NCBI GenBank assembly: GCA_020721775.1
Contig: DYLZ01000001.1
Span: forward strand, 4,290 to 68,289
Source of the DNA: Sulfurovum sp.
GTDB lineage: Bacteria > Campylobacterota > Campylobacteria > Campylobacterales > Sulfurovaceae
Reading direction: 5' to 3'
DNA length: 64,000 bases
The position numbers and the translations under genes were made by a program. The notes below the pieces were generated by a model. The model was not told where the DNA came from. It saw only the letters and a list, made by a program, of their open reading frames with translations, and ran no database searches. Below are positions 51,688 through 60,147 of the stretch, one piece after another (position 1 is the first letter of the stretch; every line of letters begins with the position of its first letter).

Positions 51688-53297
51688 TGATAAAAAAAAC
51701 TTTATCTGCATTTGCCGCAATACTTCTACTTTTTGTCAATATTGTGTATGCTGACATAAATACAAGTAAAAAAGATACTGCTTTAAATGTGGATATTAAA
51801 AGTGAAATATCAAATCTAGACGAAAATATTAATGATAACAGCTGGATCATAACTTATGAAAATTACAACAATTATCAAACTCTAAATAGTAAAAAAAATG
51901 ATATAGAATATAAAATAAGAAGACTGGAAAAAAAATCAAGCTTAAGTAATGAGCAAAAAAATAAACTTCAAGCGCTCAAAGATGAACTTAGCGGTATAAA
52001 TAACAAACTATTGCTTCTTGGCAAATATGACAATGAACCGTTCAAAAAAATGCTTTCCCCAAACAAGATAGATACTCAGCCTGAAATAACAAATCCATTG
52101 GGGATATTTTACGCATTGTCGTATCAAGAAAAACTAAAAATTGATCAAAAAGAGTTTCACGATAGATTTGACTCTCTTAGTGATCTCATCAATGATCTGG
52201 AAACAAAAAAAACTATGTTGGAAGATTTGATCAAAACTTCTAAGAACAACAAGGAAAATTATCAAGAATTAGAAAAAACTATCAAACTTATAAAAATATT
52301 TAAACCTTTAAGAGAGATAGCCGAAACTACTAAAAATATTTATGACAAAAAAATATACGAGATAAAATCAAACTTAAATGACAATATAGCAAAAGAGAGC
52401 AAGAAGCTTGGAATTGTCGGAATCATCGTAGGTATATTTTTCTCACTTTTATTGTTATCAAAATATTTAGCAAGAAAGTATCTCAAAGAAGTCGAGAAGC
52501 TTTATGTTGTCAATAAAGCATTAAATACCACATTTATAATTTTTACTGTTCTTTTAATACTGTTTGCTTATATAGAAAATGTGGGTTATCTTGTAACCAT
52601 CTTGGGATTTGCTTCAGCGGGTATCGCTATTGCGCTTAAAGAGTGGTTTATGAGTATCATCGGCTGGTTTGTTATATTTTTCGGCAACAGTATACATGTC
52701 GGCGATAGAATAAGATTTGTTAAAGACGGAAGCGAATATCTAGGCGATGTCATAGATATTTCTTTGCTAAAAATTACAATACTCGAAGATGTTACTCTTA
52801 CTACATTTGAGCGAAACAGGAGAGCGGGCAGGGTTATTTATATCCCAAATAACTATGTTTTTACAAATATGATAGCCAACTATTCTCATGACGGGCTGGA
52901 TACTGTATGGGACGGTATAGACTATATCATAACATTTGATTCAAATATAAGTAAAGCCGCTGCTATAACAAAAGATATAGCGGTCAAATACTCTAAAAAT
53001 TTTGCCGACAATACAAGATATACTTTAAATAAATTAAGAAGAAAATATCATTTAAAACATATAAAAGTCGAGCCTAGGATATTTACGCTCATCACCCCAT
53101 ACGGCATAAAGATAAGCGTATGGTATCTAACAAACAGTTATGCAACGCTTTCGCTTCGCAGTACCATATCAGCCGCTATAATAAATGCAATAAAAAAAGA
53201 AGATGATATAAGTTTAGCATATCCGACACAAGCTATAAGTATATGGGAAGACAAACAGAAACAAACTTTTGAGAATTTCACAGAAGACACAAAATGA
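51684..53297 (+). CDS. mechanosensitive ion channel (MscS family) with a long periplasmic coiled-coil N-terminus
   Basis: Signal peptide, three TM segments, then the MscS beta-domain pattern (GD.I......G.V..I.L..T). Confidence 0.8.
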   Translation: MMIKKTLSAFAAILLLFVNIVYADINTSKKDTALNVDIKSEISNLDENINDNSWIITYENYNNYQTLNSKKNDIEYKIRRLEKKSSLSNEQKNKLQALKDELSGINNKLLLLGKYDNEPFKKMLSPNKIDTQPEITNPLGIFYALSYQEKLKIDQKEFHDRFDSLSDLINDLETKKTMLEDLIKTSKNNKENYQELEKTIKLIKIFKPLREIAETTKNIYDKKIYEIKSNLNDNIAKESKKLGIVGIIVGIFFSLLLLSKYLARKYLKEVEKLYVVNKALNTTFIIFTVLLILFAYIENVGYLVTILGFASAGIAIALKEWFMSIIGWFVIFFGNSIHVGDRIRFVKDGSEYLGDVIDISLLKITILEDVTLTTFERNRRAGRVIYIPNNYVFTNMIANYSHDGLDTVWDGIDYIITFDSNISKAAAITKDIAVKYSKNFADNTRYTLNKLRRKYHLKHIKVEPRIFTLITPYGIKISVWYLTNSYATLSLRSTISAAIINAIKKEDDISLAYPTQAISIWEDKQKQTFENFTEDTK

Positions 53298-54550
53298 AAA
53301 AAGTATATTTCAAAACATTCGGATGCAGGACAAATCAATTTGATACGCAGGTAATGTTATCAAAACTAAAAAATTTTACCATAGAAGACAATGAGAGCTT
53401 AAGTGACATTATAGTCGTAAACTCCTGCACGGTAACAAACGGCGCAGACAGTTCTGTTAGAAGCTATATATCATCTGTAAAAAGAAAAAATCCAAATGCA
53501 AAAATAATCCTGACAGGATGTGGGGCGCATTCAAAAGGCAATACACTTTTTAACGAAAAAGCCGTATTTGGCGTTATGGGGCATTCAGAAAAATCAAACA
53601 TAGATACTCTCTTGCAAAAAGAGGATCCCTTTTATGAAATAGGGGATCTGGATCATATTGATTCTACGGTTGTCGGAGATTTTATCGGAAAAAGCAGAGC
53701 ATTTATCAAAATACAAGAGGGGTGTGATTTTCGATGTTCGTACTGTATTATCCCATCTGTTAGAGGAAATGCAAGATCTCATGAAACAGAAACCATATTG
53801 GAGCAGATATCACTTTTGTCATCAAACGGATTTGGTGAATTTATATTGACAGGAACAAATGTCGGCAGTTTTGGAAAAGATAAAAATACTACTTTAGCAA
53901 AACTTCTAAAACAAATCTCTTACATAAGAGGTGTAAGAAGGATCAGAATAGGAAGCCTTGAGCCTATACAGATAGACGATGAGTTCAAGGAGCTGCTAAA
54001 CGAGCCATGGATGGCAAAACATCTTCATATTGCGCTCCAGCACACAGATGACAAGATGCTTGCTTTAATGAATAGAAGAAATAAATTTTTGGAAGATGAA
54101 AAGCTTTTAAACTATATAAGTCAAAAAGGTTATGCGTTAGGGACTGATTTTATTGTCGGGCATCCGGGAGAAACTGAGCAGATATGGCAAAATGCCATCA
54201 AAAGGGTTCAAGCATTGCCTTTAACGCATATTCATGCTTTTACATACTCAAAACGAGACGGAACTGCATCGGCAGGTATGACAGATATCGTTAAAGGGGA
54301 TATAGCTAAAGCAAGACTTAGCGAACTTACAAAATGTATAAAAGAAAAAAATCAAATATTTAGAAAAAACAACCGGTCAAATCTCGAGGTTTTGGTTGAA
54401 TCAACAAAAAATAACGGTATTTATAAAGGATATGACCAATTTTACAATTTACTTGAAGTTAAAAGTGAAGTTGATCTATCAAATAACTGGATAATAGTAA
54501 AAGAGGCAGAGGTAAAAGATGATAAGAACTTTTTTGAATATGGATGCTAA
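53294..54550 (+). CDS. mtaB: radical-SAM methylthiotransferase, MtaB-like
   Basis: N-terminal FGCRTNQ.D, radical SAM CDFRCSYC and a TRAM-like C-terminus. Confidence 0.8.
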   Translation: MKKVYFKTFGCRTNQFDTQVMLSKLKNFTIEDNESLSDIIVVNSCTVTNGADSSVRSYISSVKRKNPNAKIILTGCGAHSKGNTLFNEKAVFGVMGHSEKSNIDTLLQKEDPFYEIGDLDHIDSTVVGDFIGKSRAFIKIQEGCDFRCSYCIIPSVRGNARSHETETILEQISLLSSNGFGEFILTGTNVGSFGKDKNTTLAKLLKQISYIRGVRRIRIGSLEPIQIDDEFKELLNEPWMAKHLHIALQHTDDKMLALMNRRNKFLEDEKLLNYISQKGYALGTDFIVGHPGETEQIWQNAIKRVQALPLTHIHAFTYSKRDGTASAGMTDIVKGDIAKARLSELTKCIKEKNQIFRKNNRSNLEVLVESTKNNGIYKGYDQFYNLLEVKSEVDLSNNWIIVKEAEVKDDKNFFEYGC

Positions 54551-56183
54551 AAGATTAAAAACGATCGCATTATTGTTTGGTGTTTTGATAATTATAATAA
54601 TTATCGGGATATTTAAAAACAACAATACAACCATAACAAGGGGAGAAGCAAAAAGGCTTGATCAAAATGGAACCATAACAAAGGTTATCATAGACGGTAA
54701 TTATCTATATCTGAATACAAAGAATAAATCCTATAGGATCTATAAAGATGCAATTGATTATAAAGACTTTTTTGACAAATATCCCGTTGAAATAAAAGAT
54801 GATGAAAGCTTTAGTTTAAACTGGAGTATTCTTTTATTTTTGATGATCGGTTTTGCACTTTTTTATACTTTTGGTAAAAAAAAGGCTGTTGATATATTTA
54901 AAACCGGCAAAAATGCTTTTAAAAGCGGCGAAGCCGAGGAAAAGAATGAATACATATATCCCATAAAAACTAATATCAGATTTAAAGATGTTGCAGGCAT
55001 CAATGATGTAAAAGAAGAACTCGAAGAGATCATAGATTTTTTAAAAAATCCAAAAAAATATAAAAGTTTCGACATAAGACTGCCAAAAGGTGTACTTTTA
55101 GTGGGTCCTCCGGGGGTTGGTAAAACGCTAATAGCCAAAGCAGTTGCAGGGGAAGCCGATGTACCGTTTTTCTATCAAAGTGGGGCAACCTTTGTAAATA
55201 TATATGTCGGAATGGGTGCAAAAAGAGTCTCATCATTATTCCAAATAGCAAAAAAGAATGCGCCAAGTATCATATTTATTGATGAAATTGATGCTATCGG
55301 CAAAAGCAGGGGAGCCAAACAGAGCGATGAAAGAGAGGCAACGCTCAATCAGCTTCTTACGGAAATGGATGGCTTCGAAGACAGCTCAGGTGTTATAGTA
55401 ATAGCAGCTACAAACAAAATAGATGTGCTTGATGATGCGCTTTTAAGAGCCGGTAGATTTGACAGAAGAATATTCTTATCTTTGCCAAGCATTGATGAAC
55501 GAATAAAAACACTTGAGCTTTATCTATCTAAAAAATCCCATACAGTAGATGTAAGAGAGCTTGCAAAAATGAGTATAGGATTTAACTTTGCATCGCTTTC
55601 TACATGGGTAAATGAGGCAGCTCTTTATGCGGTTAGACACAATAAAAGATATATTGATGCAAGCGATTTTGAAGCAGTAAAAGACAAAGTAATAACAGGA
55701 AAATCAAGATTTCTAACTTATGACGATGAAGAAAGAAACATACAAGCAACATATCAAGCCGCTAAAGCATTGCTTGCAACTTGGTACGATATAAGTTTTA
55801 GCAAAATCGGCATTGCAATACAAAACTTTGAAGTCCTAGATCATAACCTCACATCAAAAAACAGTATGATAAATAAGATAAAAGTTTATCTTGCCGGATC
55901 CATTGCAACAAATTTAAAATACAAAAACATATATTCAAATAGTCTTAAAGATATAGAGCTTAGTAAAGATCTAGCCGATAAGATCGTTAATGACTTTGAT
56001 CTTATTCTCAAAAATGATACAAAAATAGAATCTTCAGAGCAAATCCTCCAAACTGCCAAAAAAGAAAGTACGGTTGTTTTGGAAAAATTAGATTCTGTGC
56101 TAAATACAATTACTGAGCATATACTAGAAAATGAATTTATTACGCAAGAAGAAGTTAGAGAGATGCTTCGTGAAATTTTTTAG
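54519..56183 (+). CDS. membrane-anchored AAA+ ATPase, FtsH paralog lacking the zinc-protease motif
   Basis: GPPGVGKT, DEIDA and second-region-of-homology motifs. Where FtsH has HEAGHA this protein reads YQAAKA. Confidence 0.8.
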   Translation: MIRTFLNMDAKRLKTIALLFGVLIIIIIIGIFKNNNTTITRGEAKRLDQNGTITKVIIDGNYLYLNTKNKSYRIYKDAIDYKDFFDKYPVEIKDDESFSLNWSILLFLMIGFALFYTFGKKKAVDIFKTGKNAFKSGEAEEKNEYIYPIKTNIRFKDVAGINDVKEELEEIIDFLKNPKKYKSFDIRLPKGVLLVGPPGVGKTLIAKAVAGEADVPFFYQSGATFVNIYVGMGAKRVSSLFQIAKKNAPSIIFIDEIDAIGKSRGAKQSDEREATLNQLLTEMDGFEDSSGVIVIAATNKIDVLDDALLRAGRFDRRIFLSLPSIDERIKTLELYLSKKSHTVDVRELAKMSIGFNFASLSTWVNEAALYAVRHNKRYIDASDFEAVKDKVITGKSRFLTYDDEERNIQATYQAAKALLATWYDISFSKIGIAIQNFEVLDHNLTSKNSMINKIKVYLAGSIATNLKYKNIYSNSLKDIELSKDLADKIVNDFDLILKNDTKIESSEQILQTAKKESTVVLEKLDSVLNTITEHILENEFITQEEVREMLREIF

Positions 56184-56685
56184 CGGTTTTGGTTTCAAAA
56201 ATGAACAAGAACTTTTTAGCGATTATTTAACAGATAGTCAATATGCGGTTGGAGGTTTTAGTTATGGGGCTCAAAAAGCCTTAAAGTACACACTTGAAAC
56301 AACAAGCAGGGTAGATAGGCTTATTCTTTTGTCACCGGCATTTTTCAACGACAAATCAATGGGTTTTAAAAGAGCGCAAATACATTATTATAAATTGGAC
56401 AAAAATGCATATCTGGAAAACTTTTTAAGCAATACTTGTTATCCAAGCGATATCAAGATAGAAAACAAATATATATCCAAAACAACACAAAATGAGTTAA
56501 ATGATCTGCTTGAATTTGAATGGATAGAGCAGGATATAAAAAAAATTATAGATAAAAATATTGTAGTCGAAGTATTTTTGGGAGAAAAAGATAAGATCAT
56601 AAATTCAAAAGCTGCAAATGATTTTTTTTCAAAACTTGCTACAACTTACCTTATTAAGCAAACAGGACATTTACTAAATGTTTAA
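56170..56685 (+). CDS. alpha/beta hydrolase, DUF452/BioG-like (possible pimeloyl-ACP methyl ester esterase)
   Basis: The GTG at 56170 gives VKFFSGFGF... There is a G-F-S-Y-G nucleophile elbow and a late His (TGHLL). The assignment is from memory of BioG-like proteins. Confidence 0.5.
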   Translation: MKFFSGFGFKNEQELFSDYLTDSQYAVGGFSYGAQKALKYTLETTSRVDRLILLSPAFFNDKSMGFKRAQIHYYKLDKNAYLENFLSNTCYPSDIKIENKYISKTTQNELNDLLEFEWIEQDIKKIIDKNIVVEVFLGEKDKIINSKAANDFFSKLATTYLIKQTGHLLNV

Positions 56686-56808
56686 AAGATTGTACTATAT
56701 TGAACTATCTTTATTACTTGTATTCATTGTCCAATGGATTTTTGGGCAATCTCTCCGGTTAGCAGAGCGGTATTACAGCGCTTCTAATTTTATATATATG
56801 GAATAAAA

Positions 56809-57624
56809 ATGAACAATAAAGTAGTTATAATAACAGGATGCAGCAGCGGAATAGGGCTGCAAAGTGCGCTGTATCTAAAAGAAAAAGATATGATAGTTTG
56901 CGCAACCGCAAGAAAAACAGAAGATGTCGAGAAATTGAAAAATTTAGGATTTGATGCCTATAAACTCGATGTTACAAACAGTTTGGATATAAAAAATGCC
57001 ATTGAAGAAGTTACAAACAAGTATGGGAAAATAGATGTTTGGTTTAATAACGCAGGATATGGACAGCCAGGCGCTATCGAGGATTTACCGATATGTGCGC
57101 TCAAAGAACAATTTGAAACAAATGTTTTTGGACTCCACGAATGCACGGTCGAGATCTTAAAAATCTTTAAAAAACAAGGATATGGAACCATAATACAGCA
57201 CAGCTCTGTTTTGGGATTAATTTCTCTTTCTGGCAGAGGAGCATATAATGCAAGTAAATATGCTGTTGAAGGCTTAAGCGATACTTTGAGGCTCGAATTA
57301 AAAGAAACGAATATACATGTAGTAACACTCAATACCGGTCCTATTACGAGTGATTTTAGAAAAAATGCTATTATAAAACTACAAAAAAACATAGATATAG
57401 AAAACTCAAGGTTTAAAGATATTTATCAAAAAAGCATCAAAGGCGACGGTAAAAAGGTGCCTTTCAACGAAGATGCCCTGTCTGTTGCCAAAATCGTACA
57501 TAAAATAATTGTTTCAAAAAAACCAAAACCAAGATACTATATAACCAAAGCTACTTATATATTAGGTTTTTTAAAGAGAATTCTTAGTACAACTCTACTA
57601 GATAAGATACTTGTAAAAATATAA
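56809..57624 (+). CDS. short-chain dehydrogenase/reductase (SDR)
   Basis: TGCSSGIG cofactor motif, NNAG and YNASK catalytic motif. Confidence 0.85.
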   Translation: MNNKVVIITGCSSGIGLQSALYLKEKDMIVCATARKTEDVEKLKNLGFDAYKLDVTNSLDIKNAIEEVTNKYGKIDVWFNNAGYGQPGAIEDLPICALKEQFETNVFGLHECTVEILKIFKKQGYGTIIQHSSVLGLISLSGRGAYNASKYAVEGLSDTLRLELKETNIHVVTLNTGPITSDFRKNAIIKLQKNIDIENSRFKDIYQKSIKGDGKKVPFNEDALSVAKIVHKIIVSKKPKPRYYITKATYILGFLKRILSTTLLDKILVKI

Positions 57625-57637
57625 AGGATTTAAAAAA

Positions 57638-58165
57638 ATGCAAACAATCAAAATAGGCGTTGTCACTATCAGCGATAGAGCAAGTCAAGGTATTTATGAA
57701 GATATTTCAGGAAAAGCTATCATGGAAGTTTTGGGAGAATATATACTAAATGAGTCTATTTATGAGTATAGATGCATAGCTGATGAGCAGAGTCTAATAG
57801 AATCAACTCTTTTAGAGTTAGCAAATGCGCAGTGTGACCTCATAGTTACCACAGGCGGCACAGGACCGGCTCCAAGAGATGTAACGACAGAAGCGACAGA
57901 GGCTGTATGCCAAAAACTGCTTCCGGGCTTTGGGGAGCAGATGAGGGCAGTTAGCTTAAAATATGTACCGACTGCGATTTTATCAAGACAGACTGCAGGA
58001 ATCTGCAATAAATCTCTCATAGTTAACCTGCCGGGCAAACCAAAATCCATCAGAGAGTGCCTTGAAGCTGTTTTCCCGGCGATCCCATACTGCATTGACT
58101 TGATTGGCGGAAGCTATATAGAAGCAAATGAAAAAAATATCAAAATATTTAGACCGAAGGCATAA
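57638..58165 (+). CDS. mog: molybdopterin adenylyltransferase
   Basis: TISDR and TTGGTGPAPRD motifs. Confidence 0.85.
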   Translation: MQTIKIGVVTISDRASQGIYEDISGKAIMEVLGEYILNESIYEYRCIADEQSLIESTLLELANAQCDLIVTTGGTGPAPRDVTTEATEAVCQKLLPGFGEQMRAVSLKYVPTAILSRQTAGICNKSLIVNLPGKPKSIRECLEAVFPAIPYCIDLIGGSYIEANEKNIKIFRPKA

Positions 58166-58168
58166 AAA

Positions 58169-58378
58169 ATGAATATAGATTTTATAGAATTAAAAATAAA
58201 TGAAATTTTACAAGAACTCGAAAATGAAGCCATGAGCTGCGTTATGAATGACAAATTTGATAAAAAAATAACAAATCTTCACATGAAGCCGATAGTAAGC
58301 GCAAAACAGATATTGCTAAATGCGCTTGATAGCATCAAGATGGCAGAAAAAATTGCAAAAGAAGAGCTTGAAAAGTAA
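58169..58378 (+). CDS. hypothetical protein (69 aa)
   Basis: The ORF directly follows mog. No motif recognised. Confidence 0.4.
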   Translation: MNIDFIELKINEILQELENEAMSCVMNDKFDKKITNLHMKPIVSAKQILLNALDSIKMAEKIAKEELEK

Positions 58379-58386
58379 ATAAAGCA

Positions 58387-58995
58387 TTATTTTCTAGCAG
58401 TCATTGCAAAAACTGAAAATTGACCGTGCGGTTTTTCTATGATATTTGCCGTTTCAAATCTTATATCGCTAAAACCAACTTCTTTTGCGATAGACTCCAA
58501 TTTCTTTCTATCAAAACCAAAATGAAATACACCTTCATTATCACTATGAAAACTTCCATCTTCAATGTCAAGATCAGCAATAGCGATAAAACCGCCAATA
58601 TTAATCATATTATATAATTTTAAAAAAAGTTCTTTAATGTTTTCAATATGATGCATGGTCATAGACGAAACTATACCGTCATACTTTATCTCTTCATTGC
58701 AATCCATTATATCGCCATGTATCACATCCGTAACACAAGCAAACTCATCTCGCTTGGCAATAAACTCATCAAGCATCGAACGCGAGTTGTCTATGGCTAC
58801 TATTTTACCTACTCTAGAAGCTATAAAGTAGGTTAAAAGTCCGGTTCCTGCGCCAAAGTCTGCCAATATCATATCTTTATCCATAGATATATTTTTTAAT
58901 ATTATATCGGCTACCTTTTTTGCATTTCTAACTCTCACGCTATTCATATCCCAGTTTTTTGATTTGTGAGCAAATAAATCTTGTTTAATTTTCAT
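58387..58995 (-). CDS. class I SAM-dependent methyltransferase
   Basis: Motif I LADFGAGTG and a post-I acidic residue (AIDNS). Immediately downstream of the TetR gene. Confidence 0.8.
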   Translation of the reverse strand: MKIKQDLFAHKSKNWDMNSVRVRNAKKVADIILKNISMDKDMILADFGAGTGLLTYFIASRVGKIVAIDNSRSMLDEFIAKRDEFACVTDVIHGDIMDCNEEIKYDGIVSSMTMHHIENIKELFLKLYNMINIGGFIAIADLDIEDGSFHSDNEGVFHFGFDRKKLESIAKEVGFSDIRFETANIIEKPHGQFSVFAMTARK

Positions 58996-59003
58996 TTAAA
59001 ATC

Positions 59004-59660
59004 CTAAAATAAAGTATCTTTTTTGTCAATTTTGATAGTATCCCAAAAAAATTCTACATGTTTTTCAAACAATGATACCATAAAAGAGGTTGATTTTTTG
59101 TCAATTTTAAGCAATGTTATCTGCATTTGATAAAAAAATAGCGGCGCAAAAAACTCATTTGACAAAAGTATAGGATCTGATGATTTGATCATCTCATCTT
59201 GCATCATAGAAAAGAGATAGGAAGAGAGTTTTTTTACATTTTCTTGATAAAAATACTCATTATATATCTCTCTTATATTAATATTATTAAATATTTCCTG
59301 CATTAATAGCTTGAATAATGCTTCATTTTTACTATCAAAGCTTATAAGTTTAAATGTAGTAGCAACACTTAAAAGGAGCATTTTCCCCTGTTTATAGGCA
59401 TCAGGAGCGCTAAAATTTGAAAATAACTCAGCAATAGCCGAACTTGTAAGCTCTGATATTAGCGCAGAGAGTATCTCATCCTTGCTTTTAAAATGGTTAT
59501 ACAGCGCACTTTGCTTTATTCCCAGCTCTCCTGCTATATCTCTTACGCTAGTGGCTTTGTAGCCGTTAACAGCAAATAGTTTAAGTGATACATCAAGTAT
59601 GGCATTTTTTGTTCTATCGCCCCTAGATAGGGGCTTTACAGCATTTGTTTTATCAACCAT
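59004..59660 (-). CDS. TetR/AcrR family transcriptional regulator
   Basis: N-terminal HTH pattern (F...GY..TSVRDIA.ELGI.QSALYNHF.SK). Confidence 0.85.
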   Translation of the reverse strand: MVDKTNAVKPLSRGDRTKNAILDVSLKLFAVNGYKATSVRDIAGELGIKQSALYNHFKSKDEILSALISELTSSAIAELFSNFSAPDAYKQGKMLLLSVATTFKLISFDSKNEALFKLLMQEIFNNINIREIYNEYFYQENVKKLSSYLFSMMQDEMIKSSDPILLSNEFFAPLFFYQMQITLLKIDKKSTSFMVSLFEKHVEFFWDTIKIDKKDTLF

Positions 59661-59693
59661 ATTTTTCTCCGTAAAGTATTAATATTATTATAG

Positions 59694-59836
59694 TTAACAT
59701 TTGTTCATTTGTCAATAATAAAGTGCAAGAAATAAGTGAACACTTGTTAATTTAATAACTTTATGATCATTTTCATATAAGAACACTTGTTCATTAATGT
59801 AATAATCTTATATATACATAACTGAACAGTTGTTAA
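59694..59836. promoter_or_regulatory. four phased 14-bp palindromic boxes (candidate TetR operators)
   Basis: TTAACATTTGTTCA (59694), TGAACACTTGTTAA (59737), AGAACACTTGTTCA (59780) and TGAACAGTTGTTAA (59823). The starts are exactly 43 bp apart and the spacers are unrelated. Confidence 0.6.
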
Positions 59837-60147
59837 TACAATACCTTATATAAGCCTATATAGCGCACTTTTAAATTTTACCTAATTGCTGATATATAAA
59901 ATTTGATTATATTTTTGAAAAGCATGGGTATTGTGAAATTAAATAATATTATATTTGCTGCAAAAATATATGAGTAGGGATATTATTTTTATAGAATTTA
60001 TATTATGTTAACCATATGATAATATATTGAATTTTAACATTTGAAGTGCAACACACAATAAGTTCAATTTGATTTTTAACTCCTATGCCAAAACTTCCGC
60101 CATATTTTATGCTATACTTATATATTATATAAAAGAAGTAATTATTT

